From: Podarcis cretensis
Lineage: Eukaryota
Assembly: GCA_951804945.1 (NCBI GenBank)
Contig: OX638149.1
Coordinates: 100,254,001-100,318,000 of the forward strand
Length of the DNA: 64,000 bases
Direction: 5' to 3'
A program made the translations under genes and the position numbers. Of this stretch, positions 1-13,100 are shown piece after piece (positions within the stretch are counted from its first letter, which is position 1; every line of letters begins with the position of its first letter). The notes under the pieces are model-generated. The model was given only the letters and a program-made list of their open reading frames with translations, was not told the origin of the DNA and did no database searches.

Positions 1-3000
1 TGAGATGTACAAATTGAGCTGGATCAGGTTGCCCAAGTTCCATGCCTTCTTTTCCTCTTTTCTCCCCTATAAATATCCCTAGAGCAGGCTTAGGGCACTT
101 TCAGATGACTTGCCTATTGAGCATTAATATTGATTTGTTTGCAAAGAAATTAGAAAGCATTGGCCATTTAATGGAGGCTGGATGATGTTACATCAAAGCA
201 ATTGTTATCCCACACTTTCCCAATCCCTTTTCTCATGGCAAAAACTTCAATTTTTGTGTGTGGAAGCAGCTCTGTTGTGCAAGCCACTTATTCAGCTATA
301 ATTATGCAGCCTGAATTTGCTGGCGTGCGATTGAATGCCACCTGAAACTAGCAACATTCAGGAAGTGAGACAATTTTCATTCAGGTTTGTCCAAGCCAAG
401 CAGCAGCATCCCTCAGGCCATTGCAGTGCCATGCAATGAAGGGAAGAGTGAGGAGTCCACTTGCTATCATAAAACATTTACCACATGGCCATTCACTGTC
501 TTCCTGCTCTTTTCTACTTATGAGGCCAGAGGCAGCAATGCCATGGAACATCTCCATTAGCTCATCCAGTTTTGTCCCACCACTTTCCCTCTGGAAAATC
601 CAATCTTTACTGCTGAATTGGAGCAAATGTCAACCAGGTTTTTCTCAGATTGATGTTTGCTCCAATTCAGCACAAAAGAGTGGTTTTCCAGGGGAAAGTG
701 ATGGGGCAAACAGAAAACCACTGAGGCCCATGTCTAGAAAATATGGGACAAGCTGAAAACTGCTCATACTCAAGCTTTTTAGCCACAGGACAAGGGGAAA
801 TGTAGACAACCCCAGAGTTAGAACTAGATAGGGGTGACAGTAAGTAAAATACCCGTATAGCTTGATTAAGAGATGGATCTTCATGCTATTAGAAGAAGCT
901 ATGAAGAAGCTTGGTCAATGCTTATTGAAGTGACTATCTTATGTGGAAGGAAGTCCCACCGTGCTCAGCAGAACTCACTCCCATATACAGTGTGCACAGG
1001 ACTGTGTATTTCAGCTCATTATATGATGTCTCAAAATAGTCACTGGTAGCCTTGCTTTAAGCCTTGTGTCTTGCTGCTGAAGTCATGTGTGATGTATTGA
1101 TATTCTGTACAGACAGAACTTCACTTAATTTGCTTTTACTGGGAAGGAGGTAACAAAGAAGGAGAGAAACTCAGGCACTATTATGTGGCAGGTAATAGTG
1201 ACATGCATGGCTGTGCTGCTGAAGATTTTGCCATGTTATCTATAATAATAAATTCCAGCTTTGGATTCTGCTGCCATATGATTTTACACTGAGCTTCTTT
1301 CTCTTTGAGCATATGGCAACATTAGTGGGGAATCCATAACTATACTCTGGTGTCCCATCATCTATGTGAAAACTGCATTGCAATGTTTTCTCTCTGTAAA
1401 TAAAGCACGCTGAAGTAGGCTATCCCTGGCATAAAGGGGGTGGGAGGGGACATAACAATTTAATGATGGAGACATCAACAAGAAAATTTTGGGTTGCATT
1501 CAGTGCAGCACTAAGGCTTTGGTTCTATAAGCACAAGGAAATATTCTCCTCCTCTCCTCCCTCCTGCACTGCTAAATCTGTTCTGTGAATCCACTTGGTG
1601 CCCTTATAGAAAACATCCAGCAATGGAAGGGGAGCCAATGCATATTTTGCAGATTTAGAAGGCTGCAAGGGGGGATTTGGCAAGAATGTCCTTCCCTTTT
1701 CCTGCATTAGTGGATGCCTCTGCTGAGCTAAAAGCCCTTCTGTGAGTGCATCTGAACCCCACCCAATAGCAATCATGTATAGGTCATCATGCATGCCAAT
1801 CTGTCCGATATATTTCTCTTAATCCACTTTGGTGATGGTCTAATAAAAGTCAGAGTTTAAGTGGTCTTTATGCCTTGTCTTGAGATCTCACACTATGATG
1901 AGTGAGAACTAACAGGCATGGCTCCTCAAGCAGCCGAGTATATGAATGTGACATATTTCTAAGTTGTCAGCATTAGACAGAGGATCTCATTAAAAGTTTA
2001 GAGCCCAATCCCAATTATAGCTCAGAGTAGTTGTCAAATGTCATAGCCATGTCTGAGGTGTCCAGGAAATAATTTCTCTATAAGAGAAGAGGTAATTTCG
2101 TGTCATAATGGCCAGGAATTCATTGCACGCAATAATATTGAGACCTTTCACTGCCTTTTCTTGTTCTGCATACCTGAGCTTATGGAATGTCACTAAAGGT
2201 TTTCAGTGCACTGAACTTTCTCTCTAGTTAAAATCATTTGTGGGTGTGGCAAGGTGAGAGAAGAATCCTTATTTATTTCTCCAGCATTCTTCTGACTACA
2301 ATTAAGGACCTGTGATGACATGCATAAGACATCTATTGTCCACTGTCTTGAAAATGCAGAGCCTTTGTATTTTCTCAAACAGGGGGAAAGCCTGCATATG
2401 CTGCAGTGTGCCTTGAGCATTTTACTGCACAGAAGGGACAAAGAAGCCCTTCTGGATTGGGGCCCACACATCCTATTTCTAAATGTAAGGGAACTGTTCA
2501 AGGTCTGCTTACCTTGTTGTGACACTGTGATACTACAGGGGTGGCTGTCCGTAACTGAGAGGGTGTGGGGGACCTTAACCCTTTTCTCGCCAGAATCTAG
2601 ACAATAATAGGTTTAAAAAAATCATCTGATTGACACTTTGTTTATTAACTGCTTTCCTTACTAAAGTGGCCCACAGTGACTTACAAAAATAGTATAAACA
2701 CTAAACGTCACACATTTTTCATAAATTCGAAGGTTAGAAATTGGGCAGCCGATCAGAGTTGTGTCCCTGTTTATGTCATAGCTCCCCAGAACATATTCAT
2801 TCTTATCAAGGTTGCCCACACAGTGCAAATAGCTGTGAAACATATCTCATCCCTATCCATAACACTACAATATACTTATGGTGCAATCCTATGCATGCCG
2901 ATTCCAAAGTTCAATGAGTCCCAGGTAAGTGTCTTTAGGATTCCAGCCTTAATGGATTTCAAATATTGTACAGATACACACATAAAGGCATAAAATTATG

Positions 3001-4227
3001 TTATAATTTGATCTCATAAATCCTCTCCAAAGGATATGTCGCTTGCTGTTGTTTCTAGGCCTAGATTGCGGTAAATAAAGCACCCGACAAATGCCTCCGC
3101 AGTCATATATTACTTTGGGATGCTATTCACAGGCAGATTAGTTTTTTATTTGTTTTATTTGATGTTTTCCCATCAGCTAATAACAGTTACTAAATCTGGA
3201 CAGCAAACAGAGGATTTATATAATTTGGAACGCGTACCTAGAGGAAGTAAACATCGGATAATGGTTACTTCAACAGCAAAAAGACCAATAGGCATTCATT
3301 AGAAAAACCTAATGGAAGAATTAGCTATAATTCAGAGCATCTCAGTGGGAAAGTCTGAAAACTGTGTATACAAAAGCAGGTATTAAGACAACCAGACTGC
3401 AAATAAGCCAAAGAAAATTGGCTTCATAAGACTGTATTGCGTGCAATTTTGAAGAAAATGAATTTACTAGAAAATATGCCATTTCAAAAGAATAATCACA
3501 ACAGTTAAGGATTGGTGTGTGAGTGTATGTGCATCTCTGTTTGTTTCATTGTGTATATATAGGTACAGAAGGAGATGTGATAGACCATCAGCAGTGCAAA
3601 CATAGCATAGTTTTGCCTAGAATCCTGAGATTCTTGGCTTCATTGTAATGACAAAGCAAGGTTGGAAGATCTGGAAAAAACATTGGCAGTCCTTAGTAAA
3701 ACCTTACTAACCAGAGTGACTTCTTACCAGGTCAGAGCAAATTGTGACATCAAGCCAAATGCAGCCCACCAACCATTTATTTTTGTGGTCCACCAGGACT
3801 TGCACACTGTTCTGTTTGCAGTCCCAGAGAGATGGCAAAAACAGAAGTTCCCTGATAAGGTGGACCACAGGCATACTAGCTCCCCCCCCCCCAATAAATG
3901 CTTTTATGACTTTCAGGCTTTGAGTGGTTTTCAACTAAGTTTTAGTCAGAGTAGATCCATTGAAATCTGAGCACATAACTAGGTTAGGTCAAGTAACATC
4001 AGTCTCTGATGTGTCAGAAGGTAAGTTCTTATTACCTGTGATCTAACACATCAGTATTGTAGTTTGTGTAAGGCTTTTCCCAAAGCAGCAGGATTAGCTT
4101 ACTTGGCTTAACTGAAAAGCTTAGTTATGATGCTTGTGTGAACTGTAATATTTTGTCTTGCCAAATATTAGATCACACAGTTAGGCAGGCAATTGCAAGT
4201 CTTTTTTGTGTTTACGAATATATTACA

Positions 4228-4229
<2 letters not shown>

Positions 4230-4299
<70 letters not shown>
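4230..4299. repeat. Compound (GT)n(GA)n microsatellite
   Basis: Seen directly. Confidence 0.98.
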
Positions 4300-4301
<2 letters not shown>

Positions 4302-5069
4302 TTTTCATGCAGAATGTTGAAGATTGTTAGTTGCCTTGAGTATCTTAGTAGTTATTGCTCAAATTGTGACCATGCATATGTTACCATATTCAAGTTTGAT
4401 GCTATTTTTTCCCTTTCATTTTTCTCTATATTTTAAATGTTAACATCTTATTTTTGGCTGATGCATAACTGTCCACCCTGCTTCAAAATTTCAAAAGAAA
4501 TAGGCTGCTGTTTGCAGATATCTCCAGGACAATTCATTGTGGAACGTGTTCCACTGCAGGGTTTCTGGGACTCCATTCAACCATGAACACTTTGGAAGCA
4601 TCTCCACCATCAAAAGAGAGCTAAGCCCCACTGCACACACTCAGTCTCTTGCAGGCTCTTGCATTTGGAACATGGCCTAGATCTCTCAAATGTATTGTAG
4701 GATAATATGCACACAGTGGGCTGTAGATGCTTACCTCCTTGAGATTCTGCCAAGCTGCCTGTCTGTGCAGATACGTACTTTCATAGTGCAATAAATAACA
4801 ATATAACATTGTAATTCTTGAGGCTGGCGTAACAATTTTGATCAGACTTTGCACAGCTTGTGACCATGTAGCTCAATCAGTCATGCAGCCTCTCAGGTTC
4901 TCAGTAAGCCCCACAGTCTCTGGAGCAATACTAGGGCAGGCAGCAAAATCAAGAGCCTTAATGAGGTGCCAGGTAGGCTGCCATATGCTGTCAATGGGCT
5001 GCATTCAACTTAATGGGTCTCTTAGCCACACAGACTTGATTTAGCTATATGTACACGGGAAGCTGCCTT

Positions 5070-5407
5070 GTTGTTGTTTAGTTGTTTAGTCGTGTCCGAC
5101 TCTTTGAGACCCCATGGACCAGAGCACGCCAGGCACTCCTGTTTTCCACTGCCTTCCGCAGTTTGGTCAAACTCATGCTAGTAGCTTCAAGAACACTGTC
5201 CAACCATCTCGTCCCCTGTTGTCCCCTTCTCCTTGTGCCCTCCATCTTTCCCAACATCAGGGTCTTTTCCAGGGAGTCTTCTCTTCTCATAAGGTGGCCA
5301 AAGCATTGGAGCCTCAGCTTCAGGATCTGTCCTTCCAGTGAGCACTCAGGGCTGATTTCCTTAAGAATGGATAGATTTGATCTTCTTGCAGTCCATGGGA
5401 CTCTCAA
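5070..5407 (-). mobile_element. 5'-truncated BovB (RTE-clade) LINE, 3' end
   Basis: The minus-strand ORF gives RVPWTARRSNLSILKEISPECSLEGQILKLRLQCFGHLMRREDSLEKTLMLGK..., the typical BovB C-terminus. It has a (CAA)n-type tail and an 11-bp TSD GAAGCTGCCTT at 5059-5069 and 5408-5418. Confidence 0.93.
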
Positions 5408-8400
5408 GAAGCTGCCTTTATAATGAATCAAATGGTTGGTTCACTAGTGCAGCTCTCCAATCTCTCTGGCTAAGACCTTTCACAAGTTGCAGTCATTTAA
5501 GTGGAGATGGCAGGGTCTGAAGCTAGGGCCACATGCATGCACACTGCCACTGACCTAGATTAGCACCTATTAATTCACATTATGCTAGTTGTCTAATTTA
5601 ATGTCATATTGGACTCAAGTGTAAATCATTGTAGCAGAGTATCTTAAAATGTTTTCCCTTAGTGTGCTTATTTTAATGAGAAAACACGAGCCTTAAACCA
5701 TTTCATAATTAAGCAAATCCCAAATCTTCTGAAATCTCTTCTGTTCTGTCCCAGATAGCTATACTGATGGAGGACCAAGGAGGCCACTGTTATGGCCTCC
5801 TGAAACATAATTGTATTCACCCAGCAGGTGCTGCATTAGCTTGAAATACCTTGGCCGTAATGCTATAATCAATAACCTATGTGGATTTTGCAATAAACTG
5901 TTAAATGAGCTTGAGTAGATAACAAAATAGAGATTTGGGCAGGTGGTATTAATGGGAATAACAAGTAAAAGTTCTTTTGCAATTACATGGTCTAAAGTCG
6001 GTGAAAACTGTTTCTTCAATTAACACTTCCAATCAACCTTATATTAAATTCAGTTAATTAAAACTTTTAGTAATCCTCACACAAAAGAGGTTAGCACCAT
6101 AGCTCGAAGACACAAAACTGGATGTTACATGAGGTGTAAGAAATGATATTATTATGAAGGAGTACAGGACCTTTAAACAATTAAACAGTATTTTGTTATT
6201 TTTTGTATGTCACTTTAACAAAAGTGTATAGACTTGCTCTTTCAGTGTTTGAATTGTCATTTATTGGTATCTACGATGTCCCAGAGGAAGACACACCTTT
6301 GAGATGTCTCTATTGATGCACATAATTTATTTAGGCATGTCAAATTGACAGTGTTGCCACAGACCATCAGTTCATTCCTATACAGTTTCCAATATAGTGC
6401 AATGTGTGATGGAGGCAGGAGATTCCCCTTTCCCCCTTTCCCTTTTAAAGGAATTGCTATACCTTTTCTCCCAATGTACACTATTTCCATTTCATTATCT
6501 AATTTATTTACATTTTTTCAGATTGTATTAAAACTCCTTGCAGTGCTTTGCCTAAATCACAACAGTTTTGGTTAATTTTGCTAAAGGCAAAAGCAAGAAA
6601 CAAATTGTTACACTTCACTGTATCCTTCTTATCAAAAAGAGCACCTTTCCTTTGCAAGATTTACCAAAAAAAAGTCATCTATGAACCTACCTCTTTAATT
6701 GTGATTGAGTGAGAGAACAAACAGGCAGAACAAGTGAAGGATATAGCATAACCCATGTATTACGTTGACATATTTGTTATATAGACTATAAAGAGGACTG
6801 ATTCCTCCTCCCAGTAGTTACCTGGGGCTGCCCTATAACCAGGATGGGGAACTAGTGTAGGACTCATTTGCCATCAACCCAAGCCAACATGGCTGATGGG
6901 AGCTGTAATCCAAAAGTATCTGGAGGGCCACAGGTCCCTCACCTGCATTTTATAATGCAAAATTTGGACATTGTTATTTGGGAAATGCCATAGCTGCATG
7001 AAACCATCAACATCCTGATCCAGCAAGGGAGATTACCATATGAAAACTGGGCTTTGCCCAGATAGCCAATGTGCATGTGGATCTGAACATCTTTGTTCAG
7101 GCCTACTGAACCGTTTGGGTGCTATTGCTGAAGTGCATTCCTATCGAGAGCCACAAATTGACCACAGCACCTGTGTGCCTGCTCTGTCTGCTGTCCAAGT
7201 ACTAATAGTTGATGGACAACTTCAAAGCCCCTGCTCTACCTTTCTCATGCTTCTTTGCCTTTAGACTGGACTTAGCCTGGATTCCTTCTGGCAGAAATTC
7301 AAATCAAGGGTTGTCCTCTGTAAAGTTGTACATATGGGCATCCTAGTTTCCTGCTTGCCTAATCCCAGTGCCAAAGTGATTACTTCCCACACCAGTTTCC
7401 CAATGGCTGAGGCAATGCTGGCATGGAAAGGGGTCGTTTTGTTAGCTCCTCTCACTTGACTTTATATTACTGTATAACCTGTACCTAGACTGTCACACTT
7501 CAGTCTAAAATTCTCTCCAGAAATCTTTATTTGTAGCGAGAAGCATTCAGCCATGTGAGTCATCCACCTATAACCTGAAGTTGTGCAGTCAAGATTCCTG
7601 CTTAGCACTTCATCTCCCACATGTGAGAAATAGATTGGTTGTCTTGTTAACTCATACCGGCACCTTCTGAGCCTTTGTCTGCTTACTCAGAAGTAAGTGC
7701 CATGAAGTTCAGTAGAACTTCCTCCCTCATTAGTAGGTTTAGTACTGCTGTGCTAATATAAGAATGCAACAAATGCTGGTTGCCAGAAGAAAAAAAAAAG
7801 CACAACAGATTATCACATTAGAATGCCACTTATTTAAGTGACTATTTCCATATAAAATAATTTATTGCACAGATTGGAAAGCATCAAATGCTTCCCTAGC
7901 ATTCCAGTGACTGGCATGCATCTTTGTTCCTACTAGTACCTTGGGAATTCTTTTCCCTTTTCAGTGAAAGGTTTTAGGGCACCCCCCCACACACACCTTT
8001 TGACACTTTGACAGCTTACAGATTCACACTGGAATATTGTTATCTTTTTCATGATACAATCGCCTGCAATGTCATCACAGCATAGGGTGAGCTGAGGGGG
8101 GTTGAGTTCACAATGCGCCTTCTGCAAGATGCTACTTAATGCGTTTTATAAAATCCACTGATGATATATATGCCAGTGATTTCTAATGAACCTAAGTTGG
8201 TCAACATGAGTAATTGCCTTTATACCAACACCAAAACCCCCCACATTATTTCTGTTTTCATTGCAAACAGTAAAGAGGGCAATTAACTCTATATTTTTAG
8301 AATCAGGAATCTAATATTTTATATATGCAATGGTTGTTCTCAAACTATGAATTACTTCAATTCATTTGCCATATAATAATTTTTATTTCTGACATTGATA

Positions 8401-8574
8401 CAGTTTGACATTAAATATGCTTTTCTGGTTTCATAGCTTTTAATCTACATCCCCTTCCTGTTTATATTATTGCTGTTGGATTTGACTTCTAAAACCTAAA
8501 CATTCGTAAATTGGAAGCCAATCTAAAATTGCTGCAAGACACATAGTATGCCCTCTGCTACCTATACCACTCAT

Positions 8575-8692
8575 CATAGAATTGTAGCATTGGAAGGGAC
8601 CACCCCCTACAATGTAGATATCTTTTGCCCAATGTGGGGCATGAACCCACGACCCTGAGGTTAAAAGTCTCAGGCTCTACCACCTGAGCTAT
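8575..8692 (-). mobile_element. tRNA-Lys-derived SINE copy
   Basis: Reverse complement of the head (GCCCAATGTGGGG...GAACCCACGACCCTGAG...CTCTACCACCTGAGCTA) and tail (CATAGAATTGTAG...TTGGAAGGGACC). Confidence 0.8.
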
Positions 8693-9854
8693 TATGTAGG
8701 TGTGGAATCATGTCCCTGAATGCCGCCCCACTTCAAAGTCTCCTTGTGTGAGCAATGCAAGCACATTAGGGAAAAGAGTCCTCAGTCCTGCTGAATATTT
8801 GCATTCCACAGAGTTCCACAGAATTCAAGTATGTTCACCTGAGATCAGCTGGTCTTCCCTCAGTATGTTAAGGACTGCAGCAAGAAGCTGCCATCCTGCA
8901 GCTGCTTGCAGCCACAAATGTCCTAGTGATTACAATGGGAACTAGGGACACATAACTCTGAACATGACTGAAACCCTAAGAGTACAATCTAGCATATTTA
9001 AGGTTCCATTGATGAGATTTAAACGGATCTAACTGTGCACTAGATAGCACCCTCTGGGCAGCATCAATCACATAGCTTGCTCTGTCACCACCATTCATTT
9101 CATAACTCCCTAGTGCTTTGTGGATTATTCCTTGAACGTTTTAAAGAGCTGATTTCTGGCAAAACACAAAGATGGGAGAGCAGCCTTTACCATTTTGACA
9201 ATATCAAGTAACTTAGTTTCTTATTTTCAAACCTGGATGTTTAATTAATTCTGCGTAATGGTACTTATTATAAATTTAATGGAAGCTATTTTTATGGGAC
9301 AGTTTAATATGCTTGTGTGCTAAATATACACAGGTGCTCGAAATGTATTTCATTTGACCCATTAAACTATCAAAGGTAGTTGTGCTTGAGTTCCATCATG
9401 AATTTGTAAGCTATAATGTTTAATTGATAGCCCCCTAGATTCCATACCCTGCTGTAACAGCCTATAACTATCTACCCAGGCAAAAAGGGAGTAGCACACT
9501 CTATTAGTGGTTCATTTGCTTGGTTTTCAGGAAGAGCCAGCCAAGACTGATTGCCAATGGCAGACACTGTGTCTGACTTTACCATCAGCCCCACAGGGGC
9601 TTAAAAGGAATGTTGCCTAAGGTGACAGGCCTGCTACTGCCAGGGTCACCACAAGTAGGTTGACACCAAAGGAATTTGTCCTTAAGAAGTCTCTTTGAGA
9701 GACACTAGGGCGAGGACAGCACCCCTTAGTAATTTTGACTCCCTGATTGGGCTGAATTCTTGGTGAGAGGCAGGAGCAACTGGAAGTGTGTGTGTATGTG
9801 TTTGACCTAGCCTTTTGGTAACAGAGAGAATTGCTGGGGAATTATGACCTAGTA

Positions 9855-10179
9855 CATATCCTCCAACACATCAAAGACATAAACCGGGATGCCATTTTCC
9901 AATTTTTTCTTACAAGAGGATGGCAGCCATTTTGGGCATTGTGATCTCACACCATTTCACACCCTATTTTTCCCCAAGTGATTTATTTGGGCACAGCATT
10001 AAAAAACATGTGTTTGGGCAGCACCGCCTGAGCTCGCAGCCCTGGAAAAAAATAGTTTTTTTTTGGGAGGGAGGGTTGTGGTGCGAAATCATACGAGATC
10101 ATGGTGCCCAAAATGGCCGCCATCCTCTCATGAGAAAAAACAGGATGTCCTGGTTTTTCTGGGATACTTGCAGGGTATG
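9855..10179. mobile_element. Older non-autonomous DNA transposon (hAT-like) with long internal inverted repeat
   Basis: Ends CATATCCTCCAA / TTGCAGGGTATG. A ~48-bp imperfect inverted repeat at 9914-9962 pairs with 10078-10129. No clear TSD. Confidence 0.6.
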
Positions 10180-13100
10180 GTAATGAGGGCATGAAAACCA
10201 TTCAAGGGCACCTATACAGGATGCATGATTTGTGGTAATGTAATATGTGTGTTGTGTCAGGAACATTTTATTCAAGATTCTGAAATTTTGGTGTCCATGT
10301 GAACGAGTCAGGATGTGCTTGAGAGGGGAGAAGGTTGATTATGCCCCTATAGAAGTGATCACAGGTAGAGTTTCTAGAGGGAGGGTGAGAGGCACAAAAG
10401 ATGTCATTGCTCCATGTGATTATAAAATTGCATGTTGCACCAATGTCATATTATTGTCACCTTTTTAACGACTGATATAAAAAGAGGCACATATATCACT
10501 CAAGTAATTTTCTTCACTGCGGATATTCCCCCCCCCCCCCCAGGAATTGTTTTCTGAAAATCTGGAAACCATACTGTAGATAAATATTAGCTCAGATTTA
10601 AAGAAACAAAACTTGAGATCCCTTCTACAATTGAAAATCAGCCGTCAAGTGTGGTGCAGTGCATGCCACTTGTATCGCATACTAATTTTTTGCCATCCAA
10701 ATGTAAGTGAAGACCTTAAAACTGCTCCTGTCACTTAGTTTGAGGGTTTCACTCTAATCACTCCTTGCAGGGGTAGCCACTTATAAGTTTTTCTATCTTA
10801 GGCTATTTCACCTTAGACTCTTCACCACTGGTTAATGATCCAGGCCAATGTGGGTAGGTGATAATTATGGATGATGCAGAAGATTGCAGAATTCCTGCTT
10901 CAGCTCTGACACAGAGTCACTGTCTGGGCAAGGGTGTCTGCTGCAGTTCCTTAATCACTCTGGGTGGACTAGTACTTAAACAGCAGATGGAGATGTAAAT
11001 CTTGGATGCATTATGCTGAGTTTTTATATTTTATATGTAAAACTAGATGTCAAGGAAAGGTGTGCTGGCTTATCCTTCTCCCTGACATTTATGTGGAGAC
11101 AAACATTCAATCATCTGAGCTCCTAACTACACTCTGAGTAAAATTCAAGCACAGGCTTCTCATCTATGGGCTGTTAGAACTAGGTCCATCACAGAGGAGT
11201 GAGTGGAGCAGGTGGAGGGACCAGTTTGTGTGGTGCCAGGGAGAGACTAATAAAAGTGTTGCTATATTGGCACTGAGCAGATCAAGAGCAGCTTAACATT
11301 GACAATGGGATGCAATGCTTCTGTCCTAATCCCGCTTTCTGGGCCTCATCACAAGGCATCTGCCTTCAGATATCAGTCAGTTGCTACTTGAGCAAGTAGG
11401 AAAGGTCCTCATCAGGCCTTATCATCATTATTCTTATTTACTTATTAAATTTGTATACTACCCTTCACCTGAAGATCACATGGAGGTTACAAACAATATA
11501 AGCCCTACTAATGTGTTTCTGAAGTAGAATTCTAGTTGTATCAGAGCAGCCACCACAAATAGAGCTGGCTCCCAACACTGCATTGTTAACCTATCTAATT
11601 TTGCTGCCCCTACAGCCCTTTTCCAGGTTTGATCCCAAATCTTGGTGGCAATTACTAAGCGGTCTTATACCAAGTCAGACCATTGTTTTCCAGCCAAGTA
11701 TTGCTTTCTTTGACTATCACCTGCACTCCAAGAGTCTTGTGCAAGGGTCTTTCCCATCACTTCCTACATACTTTCTTTACCACTGAACTGAGAGCAGAGA
11801 GATTAGGTAGTTGAAAATAATCCTTGACATTATGCTGACCATTGGAAGAGCTCTGTACATTACACAGGCGTGTGCTTGAGCAGATGAAGGAGGAACTCAT
11901 GCAGCAGTTGAAGGACCTTGCTTGGTCTCTGAGCACTCAGGGGGAAAGCCTGTGCTAAGTCTGTTCTAATGTATTATGGGCTCCTTTACACATGCCGTTG
12001 CCCCTCTGCAAGTACGCAGAGGTATCAGGGGTGAGGTGTACACCCATGTACACATATGAAAATCATGCAGTTTTACCACTCATGGTTGTATTAGGAAGTT
12101 GGTGCAGACTGTGGCTTCCAAATCAGTGCTACCAATCTACATACATAAAATGGAACTACTTCAAACTTCGTTCTACCAAACTTTTTATTTTACTTTTTAA
12201 GCTGCCTATCATGACAGTCGGGTTGTCTGGCCCATGAAAGTTGCTGATACGTTTAAAGTCATTTGGAAGTAATGTATTGTCTGTGGCGTTAGCTTATGAA
12301 AATGCATGATTAAATTACTCTGGCATAGTTCTTATTATGATAAATTGTCACACATCCCTGCTTGTTTTAATTTAGCCAGGATATTCTTTGGGGGAACAGA
12401 TTGTGTGCTTGTGCATGATGAACCAATGCAGGAAGGTCCTTTGGGCACTACTATAATACAAATCACAAAATAAGGGCTTCTTCACAGTTATTAAGTGTAT
12501 TCACCCTAGGGTCTTTCTATGCTAAAAATGAAGCTCAAGACTCACACTACCTGCTGAAGACTCACATATTGTTTTGCAGTTAAATAGTTGTAGATAATGC
12601 ACATATGCTTTAAAAGATTCTGTTTGCAGTTATAAGTACCACTGCCTATAACCCAGCCTATATATGTGTATTGTATAGACATAATGTAGACAAAGAACTT
12701 GCATTTGTGATCTTGCCCATGCTTACTTGGAGCTACATCCCAACACATTAAGTGGAGTTTATTTCTAAGTAAATAATGATAATTAACATTTATCTGACAT
12801 TTAAATTAGGAGTAAGGAACATCAGGTCCAGGTTCCAAATGTAGCCCTTCAGGACTAGCTCGCTCGCTTGCTCGCTCTCAAAACTCTCCCTAGGCCACCC
12901 ACTCTCCCCTCTGGCTCCACCCACCACTGAAATGCAGCACCCAGAAAATTCCCCAGGAGATACATTGGCCCTTAGATCACATGTTCAAAGTGTGCAATCC
13001 TAACAAAAAACCAAGTTAGTATTACTGCCTAGCTTGTTAAAGGTTGGAGGTTGGGGAGAGACTGAGGGGAAAGAGAGAGCGAGAGCGAGAGAGCACATGG

